Source: Auanema rhodensis
Taxonomy: Eukaryota; Animalia; Nematoda
Direction: 5' to 3'
Length of the DNA stretch: 64,000 nucleotides
NCBI GenBank assembly: GCA_964057225.1
Contig: OZ059897.1
Location: 8,432,001 to 8,496,000 of the forward strand
The notes under the pieces are model-generated. The model saw nothing but the letters and a program-made list of their open reading frames with translations, was not told the DNA's origin and searched no databases. Below are positions 39,164 to 50,773 of the stretch, piece after piece. The position numbers and the translations under genes were made by a program. Within the stretch, counting starts at the first letter, position 1; the number at the start of each line of letters is the position of its first letter.

Positions 39164-41782
39164 TTAATTTCGGTTAGTACTGTCACTGTTGCTACTAGCT
39201 TTTGAAATTTGGTATCGAACTCGTTCGATCTGAAAGAAATTTCCATCTTCAGCCCTTTAAATTGGAAAAATTAAACCTCTTTAGCAGTTAAATATTTTTC
39301 TAATCCATATAAATCCATTGCTTCATGTAAAGTTATCTCGAACAAATTTTTCAATCTGGAAATTGGGTGAGATTAAGAAAGATGGAAAGATAAACTCGAA
39401 GGCCAGCTACTCCTACCTTTGAGCTTCTAATAAATTATTTCTTTCTAAAGCATCCATTCGATCAATTAGTAATTCTTTAAGAGGTTTCTCCTTTTTCTTA
39501 AGCTTTTCAAGAATTATGTCAATCTCGTTCGCCAAGGTGTATCTTGAAACGTAAAACTACTTAGCCAAACGCCAACAAACTTTGCATTTTTTACTTTTCT
39601 TCCCAAATAGCTTCTTCTTTTTTGATTTCAAGACATCGAGCAAGATTGTTATATTCTGCCAATCTCATGCCAAAAAAATATTTTTTTGAATTTTTTTTTG
39701 ATGTTTGACTGTCATCAGAAATAGATAATTCTGTTTCAAATGAATGTATTTCTTTTAGAATTCGATCACGAGCTCTGAAACGAATAATTAATCTTTCTGT
39801 CTTTTTTTTTTGTTTTAAATTAAAGTTACAGAAAGAGAAAGAGATCTCTCTCTCTCTCTCTCTCTGAAAGCCACTTCAACTAACACATATGCATCTACAA
39901 TTTAAAAACTTATTCAAATCCAATATGAAGCTTCAAATGTCAGTAATTTTATGTGCAAATAATAACAAAACAATAATTAATTTGAGAAATAAAAAACTTA
40001 TTTTCTTATTATACAATTCTATAACATCTTCTACAATATTCTTCACAACTTTAGCAAACAACAATAAAAATATTTGACAAAACAATATGTCAAAGTTGCT
40101 TAGTTTAACTAATAACTTCTTATTTTATAAGTTTTATAAAGCTTTTTCGATAGATATTCAGAAATATCATTGAAATAATTCTTTTTTAAGCTTCAATATA
40201 CTCTTGTAACCAATCTATGTTGAGATATATTTAGCGATGGAGCAAATGTAAACAAGATTTCAAGAGAAGATTTTACAAGTTTTTTCAGGTTGAATATCAA
40301 CTTCAACTTGATTGTACTGTTTGTAAAATCTTGTTTAAACTATACTAATGTACAAAATGAATGTGATATGAAGTATGGGATAAGCACAGCAATGGCTGGG
40401 AAGGAGATGTATACACACGTGACCAGGTTGGAAAGCAAATTCACCCGAAAGAATTTTTGTTCAAGACCAAAACGCAAAACGGGATGGTGCTGCTGCTGAT
40501 GATGGTAAGAAGGCGGATTTACCTAGGTGAAAGCTGCATCTCATCTTCACTTTTACTCTCTTCACTTGTTTGTGTATTGATAGTGGAGGATGATCCTTTT
40601 TTTCCGATAGCCGATTGCTGAAAAACATTTGTGTTAAGCTTGCGAAAAGAACCGAATTGATGTTTCAACTTACTTGAGTGAGAAGTGGCTCATCAATTAC
40701 GAAAGCGGAATCAGTTCTTCCAGATTTGCCTGAAAACACTGTTTTCAAGGACTATTTCACCGACAACTTCAAAGAATAACTTACATTCTTTAGTTTTCTT
40801 ATGTAATCGTTTTAGCATCTCTCTTGTGAATAGAATTTCCTCATCTTCACTATCATACTCGAAATGTGACACGGATGATGGTTGTTGACGAATCATTTGA
40901 TCAGATTCTAAGCGCTACAATATAGAATTTATAAAATGATTAGGAAAAAAACAACAAGAGCATTATTTGAACGTTAATGAACACCAAAAGAAGTTTTCTG
41001 GGAAGCTTTCAGTGCCGAGGAGCGCACAACATCCAGCAAATATCTTTGCGTGTTGCCACGACAACCAACAATAGAGTTCCAGCCCGCGAATGCATTAGAA
41101 ATATATGAATTTTTTTTGATATATTCGTTTAATTTTTATCTATTTCAAGCATTTTCTCAAGCCAAATAATGATAAAATATAAAATAACTAAAGATATGTG
41201 AGAGACAATAGATATATCTTATCCTATGTCTCAAAAACAACAATACTAATATTTCTATTGACAGTCTGTCTAAGAAATCAAGATGAAAAACGAAAGAATT
41301 ACAGCAAAACAGTTGAATTGAATTTTAAATAATTGGAATTTTCTTTTAGATGATTCTCAAAAGAAAATTATATGTGTCGAGTTAAAAAGATATTGTAATT
41401 GGTAGTATAATTAGTAAGGAGAAAAAGTCAGACATCATAAATATGAGGTGAAAGTAAAAAGAAAGTTAGATTGATTGACATGAGAGAGAGAAAGAGAGAG
41501 AGAAAGAGGAAGGGAGAGGGGAGGGGGGCAAAGAAAAATTATGAATTGTGAACAAGTGTTTCACGGTATATAATAAGATTCTTTTATAAAATACGCTATA
41601 TTTATATATAATATGTATGTTTTATACAGATTCCGTAGCTCTTTCTTATCTTTGTTTCATAATTGTAGTATATGTTCTACTTATTTTGCTTTACTTTAAT
41701 GCCATCAATGAAAAATACAGTTTTTAGCTTACAGCTCAAATAGAAAATGAAAGATTTTTCATATCCTCTCTCTCTCCCTCTT

Positions 41783-41829
<47 letters not shown>

Positions 41830-43717
41830 ATTATACTCAAGGTAATTTGACGGAAAACAAAACGTAAAATGGTTTCGAGGATGATTTTGGTGTAAAAGAG
41901 GATGACGATGATGTTGATGGTTATGGCGGTTGTGGTAGTTGTGAAGAAGGGCGAAAAGATGATGATTACAAAGAAAACATGAGAGGAAAAGAAACAGAAT
42001 AAATCAATGGTTAGAGAAAATACAAAGAAAAAATTTTAGTTTTTTTGCAAATAAATATTTTTCATTCACAAAATTTTGTTTTTATAAACTTCATATAATA
42101 TTATGATATGAAATATATGAAGATTCTAATATTATTTTCATTAAAGAAATGAAAAAAAACCAAAATATGATGTTCAATGTAAGAATAACTAATTTTTTTT
42201 TCTTTTACTAACTATCTGAGTGACTATCTGACAGACTAGCACTCCTACATCTAGTCCTCTACTATTACTACATACATATTCTCCTTTCATTTTCTATTTT
42301 CGCACTGTTAATCTAATCTATCCTATTCTCTAATATTTCCTTTCTTTCTATCTACCTATCGTACTAAATATATCGTATGAATAACAGGATAATATTGAAT
42401 GTGAATGATCTAATCGTGTCTCTCACTTACAATATCGTTGACAAGTTGACTATTTCGAAATGCCACTGGGCATTCTACTTCTGCGGCACTTGTTTCATCG
42501 ATTTTTTCCTTAAAAATCAGGAACAGGAAGACGTGTAACATCATTGAGATGAAAGATGAAGATAAAAATAGAAAAAAAGTGATAGAAATGAACTAAGTAC
42601 TCATAGCATATGAAGAGAAAGAATAGTCGGAGAAGGAGGACGATTCACAAACTATGAAAAACATTATGTGCTATGTTATTCCATGGACTTGTCTCAATGG
42701 ATTGTGACTTTTTATAAAAAGTGTTCCAACATTTGGAAACCAATATGCTGTGAAGCGTGAAGATATTGAAAAGAAATATCTCAAAAAGTTCAAAATTTAT
42801 AAAGTGAAATAGTAGAAATAACATCAAATATACAATGCAGGTAAATCGGACAATTTCAACTAAATTGCCAATGGGGTGAAGAGATTTGAAGCTTGGCATA
42901 GGGATGTGAATGAAAATAGAAAGCAAAACAGGCATGTTAAATACAATATTCAATATATAACAAAAGAAAAAAAGTTGTTTTATCTATTATAAAACAGTCT
43001 TTTTCACTTTTTATATGAATTTGGAGCCAAAATGAGGAAAAGGAGAAGTGAAAGTAGAAGAACGATAACGATGAACAAACTGGTATTGATGATTCAGATA
43101 TTGCCTTAAAACGGAAATTGTCGAAAACGTTTGAATATGAATCAGAAATGAGTTAAAAATAGCTGAACATACATATGCTTATTAGAATAATTCAAATTAT
43201 TTTCATATATAATATATGAATGTAATGAAAAGAAATGAAAATTTTGAACCATTTTTTCATTAGATATGAATCTGCATGGTCGTATGAAGCAGCAGGTTTT
43301 AGCTAGCTATCCAACCTAGCATTGTTTAACCACATATAGGTTGAAAGCCATTTATTTTAGAAAAGAAAAGAAATAATCTGAAATTGGATCGCAAATTGTA
43401 TTTGGTATAGTAAGAGATGGAAGAAATAGCCTTTATATACATACCATAAGTAGAAGAGGATGCAGTTGAGGGAGGGGGGGGGAGGGCAAGTTGATATGAA
43501 ATTCACAGAATCAGCAGTTAATCTGCAACAGCTGGCAGTGGACAATAGTGGAAACAACTCAAAAAAACATTATGACGTTATAAAGTTGTAACAAAAAAAA
43601 ATAATATGATTTGCAACACTTTTTGCTCATAAAGTGATTATGTTTACATCCAAAAAATATTATTAGATAACTAGATTACAAGATTTCTTTTTGAACAAAA
43701 AAGGAAAAAGAGATGAA

Positions 43718-43762
<45 letters not shown>

Positions 43763-45618
43763 GGGAGAGAGAGAGACTAGAGGGCAGAAAAAGATAGAAA
43801 GAATATTTGAAAGTACTACACCAATGCATATAAATGTTTTGAAGAAAAAAGAAGATAAGAAGTTTAAAAAAAAAAAAAGAAAAATAAATATTAATTGAAA
43901 CTTACTTGTGTGTTTGTGTTATATTTTTTTTGGAAGGGGGAATTGGAAGACCTACGATTGAGATGATGGCAAATTGAAAAGACAATTGACTTGAGAATCA
44001 TTTCCAGAAGAAACACAACAGAAAAAACATACACACAGCCGGTCATGTAAACATTCAAAATGAAAATGAAAATGACATGTAATGTCATCAGTTTGTATGC
44101 GAAAAGCAGTTAAGTTTCTTTTGCTAATTAGATGAATTTGAATGTAAGATGAAGAAGATATGTATACTATATATAGAACATAGATATGTATGTTTCATAT
44201 AATATAGTTAAGAACTGAAATGATATTTCATAACGTTTATAAGACGATAATTACAAGATTTATAAGTAGTGAAATAAAGATTTAATTATTATATTAATTT
44301 TATTATTTATTCAGCTTAGTTCATCATGAAAAAAAAAACACAGAGATCACGTTTATGAATAGACTCATATAACAGAAAAATAATGAAAAATGAGGAAATG
44401 TATGGGAATGAATGTATGGATGATGAGCCATCCGTCTCGCTTCTTTTTCTCTTTTTAAGAGCTCACATGAGAGAAGGTCTGACCTCAGATATCCAATTTT
44501 CTTTTGTGTTATAGATGTTTACCGAATTTGGATAGATGGTCAATGTTCGAATGAAAGGCCATTTCACTTGCTGTTGCCATAGATTAAACACTTTATAATC
44601 ATATAGTTAGTATAGTTAATATATTGAATAGTAGGAAGATGAGAGAAATAGGTATCGGCTTGATGAATTGAGTTAGAGAGAGAGGGAGGGAGAGAAGAGA
44701 GAATAAATTGCAATTTAAATTGTGAACGTTGAAACGTGAAGAGAAATCATTGGAATAAGGTTGTAAAAAAGGTTTTTTTTCGTTAAATTAACTTTATCTC
44801 AAGAAAATCATTATCTACATTTACGAGAGCAGTTACATGGAAATTGACCGACTAATTTGTTCATGACATTCCGAGACAATTTCTAGAAGAATTAAGAGAG
44901 AAAAGCAAAAAGATAAAGAGAGAGAGAGAAAGAGAGAGAGAGATAGAGAGAGACCTTGTTTCACAAAAACTTAAATATCTCATTTGAGAATGTAGTATAG
45001 TAATATGAAACTATGTACATGCTATTCTCAGTCTTGAAATTGGATCTTTGGCATGAATGTTAAACGAATAACGTTGACAAAATGTTTTTTATATATAAAT
45101 AGATATAACATTGGTATTCGAATATTTTAGTTCAAGCTTAATGTCACGTACCTCATATCCACGTAGAGAGCTGGCCAAGTTCAACATGCTGCTGTTGCTG
45201 CTATCAGACAATGACGAAAATGTTGTTTTATCACTAAATCCACGAATAACAATCGACAGGATACCAATTTGATGTTCCGGATTGTCAATTGAATCCACAA
45301 AGCCGTGTACAGTGAATCTGGAAATATATTGAAAAATAAAAAAAAACAAAGATGAAATAGATTTTGGAGCAAAACTGAAATCAAAAATAACACCATGAAA
45401 CACAAGTTTCTGAAAATTGTTGTTGAAATATGGAGAACTGAAGAAAGGTATGGAGAGAATGAACTGAGAGGAACATGCTTAGAACGTGTGTCCCTTACTC
45501 TAGTAAAGTCGCAAACTGAAGAAAGAACAGTTAAAAAGAGTTTTGTTGACTCTGTAAGCTCTCAACCTATCTTACGCATTTGTACCTCCCCTTACTATAT
45601 ATTTATCTCTTTGCTTTC

Positions 45619-45684
<66 letters not shown>

Positions 45685-47068
45685 TTCTTTCTCTCTCTTT
45701 TACTGTCAATTTCTAAAGAGTTTAATGTTAAATAAAATGAAAACAAACAGTTTAGCATCATATATGCCATTGATTTTCTTGTTTTTCTACTTCCAAATAG
45801 TTTCATATCTATAAATCCTCCGAATTGGAAGGACAATGTAGAAATAAAAGAGGGGAAGGAGAAATATTATGAAATGAAAAGCCAAAAATCATCATCGCAT
45901 TGAGTTTATCTTTCACAATATTTGAACAAAATGCAAGACGTCGACACAAACCGACAAAAGATATAACGTGAAGATGATGCTGAAGAGATATAAGCCTCGA
46001 AGCAAGAGAGAGAAACAAGTAAAGCTTGAAGATCGTCGACACCATTGAAAAGCGTTGAGAGTTGATGAAAGTTACAAGTCAGCTGAATGACCTTTTGAAC
46101 TCGTGAGCCTTATGGACGCCCAAGCTGTCTGATGTTGACATACTTGTGCCAGCAAATACTACATGACGATTATTGTTGAAACACAACTCTCAAACTGCTC
46201 AAATGCTTTTCACTTTTCACAATTTTTGAAAAAAGCGAGTAACAAATGGACACAAAAACCATTTCGTTCACTTCCTTTCACCTCTCATCACCTTCTCAGG
46301 TCTTTTCTCTCAATCCTATTTGAAATTGTAGTTTATAGTTTGTATTACATGTGTTCAACAAACCTTATGTATACAGCCTTATCGTCAAAATAAATACTTT
46401 TCGTCTGTTCTAATATGCCATGGTTCAAAAATGAAAATTGGTTGGCGATCTTGTAAGAAGCATTATATGACTTTCCAATTGTATTTGTGAAACGATCATC
46501 CGGAATACCAAATGCTATTGTCATTGAGCTGGCTGAAATGATATTGTGATGATGTGAGTTTCTTGACATACGTGATATGAAATGAAAGATTTTGGTTTAC
46601 TGATTCTTTCAAGTTTCAAAGTTTCAAGTTCAAGAACTTTTAGTTTCAACTTGAACAGCTTGGAATCAAAGTAAGAAACTAAGTAAGTAGATATACAAAT
46701 ATTTTACTGTATAATTCTTGTTACAAAGTTTTTAATATTGATTATCAGAAACAAAAAAAAAAGTTAAAAAGTAGTAAAACAAATAAAAAAAAATGTTATT
46801 TACGAAGATATTTTGGATGTGCTGTTACATCGATGCGTCCAATACGACATTCATTTTCCAATTTCAGAATTAGGGATTGTGGATATGAGCGGCCACTCAA
46901 AAATATATTTTTAGCTGAAACTTAGTTGATGCTGCCTTACCTCTGAGTAAACCAGCATATCTCATTTCCTTCAATTTTTGATTCTTCACGATTTTTAAAA
47001 ACATTTATTAAATTTTTATCTTTGGAAGAACATGAAATAACATCATAATATAGAGGATCTCCAGACAT
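39164..47068 (-). CDS. CEP104-like protein (N-terminal jelly-roll + linker + coiled coil; no TOG or Zn-finger region)
   Basis: Phase-compatible exons 47068-46941, 46895-46804, 46532-46398, 46158-46092, 45317-45152, 44882-44825, 44590-44484, 42518-42431, then 40914 down to the stop at 39164. N-terminus: MSGDPLYYDVISCSSKD...CWFTQSGRSYPQSLILKLENECRIGRIDVTAHPKYLPSSMTI...HKAHEFKR..FTVHG...NPEHQIGILSIVIRG. C-terminus: CLEIKKEEAIWEEKYTLANEI...RMDALERNNLLEAQRLK. Both blocks align by eye with recalled human CEP104. The linker exons between 42.5 and 46 kb are less certain. Confidence 0.72.
41766..41829. repeat. Imperfect (CT)n microsatellite
   Basis: Read directly; in an intron of the CEP104-like gene. 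Confidence 0.9.
43718..43777. repeat. Imperfect (GA)n microsatellite
   Basis: Read directly from the sequence. Confidence 0.9.
45622..45698. repeat. (CT)n microsatellite
   Basis: Read directly; about 30 near-perfect units. Confidence 0.92.
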
Positions 47069-47140
47069 ATTCTATGTACGAAGTGTGTAGGTTGAAGCAC
47101 CTATGAGGCTAGAAGTCAATTATTGGAACAACTCTAAGCT

Positions 47141-47155
47141 GTTTCCTTTAGTAAC
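47141..47155 (-). promoter_or_regulatory. X-box-like (RFX/DAF-19) motif with a 3-nt spacer
   Basis: GTTACT-AAA-GGAAAC on the minus strand, 73-87 bp upstream of the CEP104-like ATG. Confidence 0.4.
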
Positions 47156-47293
47156 GATGAAGTCAATATGAAATATTTAGAAATATCACTAATTCATATG
47201 AAGAAGAATAAGTAGAAGAATAATGAATAACATCAGCAGAAATTTAAATTTTTTTACGAAAACTAAAAAAAAGGCTGAACAGATACAACATGA

Positions 47294-47307
47294 GTTCCTA
47301 AAGCAAT
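47294..47307 (-). promoter_or_regulatory. X-box (RFX/DAF-19) motif
   Basis: ATTGCT-TT-AGGAAC on the minus strand fits the nematode consensus RTHNYYWTRRNRAC. It lies ~230 bp upstream of the CEP104-like ATG. Confidence 0.45.
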
Positions 47308-47463
47308 GTAGATAATTAGGAAGAGATTAAGAACAATATTTACAAAATTAGAAATATATATGTGTAATGAACTACGTTATTGAATTGATAAGTTCAACAT
47401 AACGCTGTAAATATATATAATATATATGTATATATGCTTCATATAATATTCATTGAGAAAATC

Positions 47464-48366
47464 TTATTTTTGAATCATATGCTCCGTAAATAGTAATGCT
47501 CGTAACATTTGTTTCATCAGCATATTTACAGCGTTTCCAACTTCATCCGTTACAGCATCAACCTATGTTAGACGTTTTCATACATTTGTCCATAAAAGAA
47601 ATAGATAAAACTTACTAGAAAAGATGAAAACTCGTCAAATATTAGCTCTGTTCGCCTTTTCTGCTCATTTCGTCCTATAGTACTTGTCTTCATAGCATTT
47701 AAATGAGCCATTGTATAATGAGCCTTAAATGATCAAACAAAAATATAAAAAAACGTGTGAGATAGATGAGATATCAAACCTTTTCGGTGATTTCTTGAAG
47801 ACGCTCATCTTGAGAAAGCTTCAGCAAAATAGCTTCTGCTTTGTAATTCTGATATGATTGTTGTACAACAGGTCTTAATGTTCCTACCAAAACATCTAAT
47901 TCGGTCATCTATAATAGTTCATTAGAGCTTTATTACTAAATTAAAAACATATTTTAAATTCTTTTTTTAACAAAAATAATTATCGTTTTTGAATTTAATG
48001 GCGTGAACATCACGTGAAACTTCAAAAGTCATTTTGATTCAAAATTATCACATGAGCGGTTGCATTCACATCGATAAATCATAATACTTCTTTATATATA
48101 TTTATTACAACGATTATGTGTTAATTATTATTTTAATTTATATAAAATATAATGTTGAATACCTTACGTAAACGACCAATACCAGGAGTTCGATAAATAG
48201 CCATGAACTGTTTAATGACGCTATGTGTAGCATTTATTAGAAATTGAGGTTTAGGTGGTGGATCAAGTGAAACTTCATTCAAATCATATTCACGAAGTTC
48301 AAATGCTTCTTCACTTAGCCGTACAAAAATGAGAAATATACACAGCTGACGTAGAGAGGATGACAT
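47464..48366 (-). CDS. Divergent SXP/RAL-2 (DUF148)-like secreted protein
   Basis: Four phase-0 exons: MSSSLRQLCIFLIFVRLSEEA...PPPKPQFLINATHSVIKQFMAIYRTPGIGRLRK|MTELDVLV...QQSYQNYK...|AHYTM...DEFSSFL|VDAVTDEV...HMIQK*. The PxFL motif and helical pattern resemble the two neighbouring genes. Confidence 0.62.
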
Positions 48367-48739
48367 CTAAATCCGACCTAAACGATCAATAGCCTCAATG
48401 AAAAATGTGAGTAAGATATCAAATAAATAGTAAAAGTTATTGAAATGAAAGAAAAAAATACTGACTTTTGATTTGGAGATAAAGTTCAGACGATAGTAAT
48501 CAATACAATTCTATGAATATGAGATGGTTTATGGGCTTGTAAAGCTTGATTGGTATTGCTTCCGGTAGGTTGACAGGGTGTCTAGATAAAGTAAACGAAA
48601 CGTCGAACTTCTTCTGTTGACAAGTCGATCTTAGCCGAGCTATAGGCTGTTAAGGAAAGTTCCACTAAAATGATATTTAGCTTTACCTTTTGTATATATC
48701 GTTCTCTCTTCTTTACTGTCCCTTTCTCTTTCTCTCTCC

Positions 48740-48742
<3 letters not shown>

Positions 48743-48794
<52 letters not shown>

Positions 48795-48803
48795 TCTCTC
48801 TCT
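48743..48803. repeat. (CT)n microsatellite
   Basis: Read directly from the sequence. Confidence 0.92.
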
Positions 48804-49847
48804 AACTTTCCCATCTATTCCTTCATTTTCATTCAATTCATTACGTGATCTTCCCTCTTCTTGTTCTTCATTGAATTAGTAATATTTGCTGTGTTTTAGA
48901 TAGTATAAAAGGTCTTACAACGAACAAATAGAAATACATAATAGCAATTGGTATGATTATTGTATACGATGTAGGTATTGTAATTCAAGTTATTTCTATA
49001 TAATAAGATTGCCAACATACATATTTATTTCGAAAACGATATTGGAAAACGATAATCAGAGATAAAAGGATATGAATTATTGTATGATTAATATGAAAAA
49101 AAGGAAGTTACATGAAGCATTGTAATTTGTTTTTCCTAAACTATTACATATATCTTTAAAAATATTTAGTAATGATTACCTTAATGGCAGACCAATGAAG
49201 ACATTAATATACATGAAAATGGCCATCAAAATCTAAAACATTCAGCAAAAGTTACTTAATTTCTGTAAAAGTTGTATTGAATACCTATAGATATATAGTT
49301 CTTTAAGTGGACACCACATCCCGAAGGTTGTGGTGTAAAGTTTCTATTAGTTTTCATCAGCCTTATATACTAGATACTTATTATGTTATTGTAAAGAAAG
49401 ATATGAAACTTTTTTTGGATCATATTATGAAATCAGATGATAATACAGCACGTGAATGCCCTTATTAGTGAATTTCATATGAAAACATTAAAAATAAATA
49501 AGTTCTTATGATATTATAAGTTCTTATCTTTATTCAATGGTAAAAACATGTTTAGTATTATTGATAAATTATATATAGAATTCATGATTATTCAATATAA
49601 ACTTATAAAATTCTTTATTCATTTCATAATTTTTGCAGCTTACATCCAGATATTTAAATAAATAATATTTTATCTTTCCAATAAATATGAAGATGGTCGT
49701 TCAATGAGAGCTAGAGAGAGAGATAGAGAGAGAGAATATGATTCAGAAGAAAACCTGAAAACATGTTATGAAACTCAGAATAAGAAGTAAGATCATGATA
49801 CACTTCCTGCTCCGTATCTCTTTCAATTTCTTCTCATTATATGATTA

Positions 49848-50492
49848 TCAGAGATCATTTACAGTAGAAAACTGTACATTTCTTTGGAAATGCATCAGCT
49901 TCAAGATCTAAAACTTACTTTTTCCATAGCAATATTGAAAAGACCTATTTCTTTCTTTGTTTCGTCATCTAATGTCTGGAAATATTCTTGGGCACGCTTG
50001 CCATTATCCTGAAACACATCCGAATGTTTTCCTTAATTTAACAAATTTACCTTAGAATCTTCAATATGCAGCTTATGAAGGTTGTAAAGCGCATTTTGTG
50101 TTTCGGTTCTCATCTTAGATAGATGTTCTTCCAATTGACGCTTAGCTTCAGCATGGCGCCTGTTAAGGTCAGCGCGGAAAACTTCAAAAGCCAACTGCAT
50201 ATAAAGATTGAAATTTCAAAACCGTGAATCTAACGTGTATCACCTTAACCTCTTCAGGTTCGTTCTCGAGTAATTGCTCAACACGAGCATTTTTTGCATC
50301 TCTATTCAAAGAATCATCTTTGCTAATTGATATGAACTCCTGAATAATATGTTGGATGAACAATCTGAAGTTAAACCAAATGCCGCTTATACAAACCTCA
50401 CGAGCTTTATCTGTAGCTCTATCCATAAATGGTGGTAAATGTACAGCAACTGTGACTGAGAAGAAAGCCAAAAGAATGACAGATTTCATCAT
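49848..50492 (-). CDS. SXP/RAL-2 (DUF148) family secreted protein
   Basis: MMKSVILLAFFSVTVAVHLPPFMDRATDKARE|EFISISKDDSLNRDAKNARVEQLLENEPEEVK|LAFEVF...|DNGKRAQEYF...AMEK|FSTVNDL*. Signal peptide plus the PPF..A...AREEF family motif. Confidence 0.8.
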
Positions 50493-50773
50493 TTTCAGAA
50501 GAATAAAAACACAAAAATACTGAATTATGTTCATGAAAATTTTGAAAATCCTTATATAGGAAAAGTTTATTTGAACAGATTTCAATGAAAAATACAATTA
50601 GAATTTATAATTTCTTTAATAATACATTAATTTATGCAACAATTTTGACCAAAAATAAATAAAAGAACAAACATTGACAAATAAAAACGTTTTTCTGCTT
50701 TTTTTTTTGAGAAAAGAATAATATATGAAAGATTTATATTTTAAATAATAATTATTAATAATTTAAAATAGTT

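Noticed and set aside
42470-42495. AGTGCCGCAG resembling part of miR-252
   Set aside because: No seed match or hairpin; the bases fall in a coding exon (ETSAAEVEC) of the CEP104-like gene.
43713-48879. Several ORFs with (ER)n or (SL)n runs
   Set aside because: Translations of (GA)n/(CT)n microsatellites.
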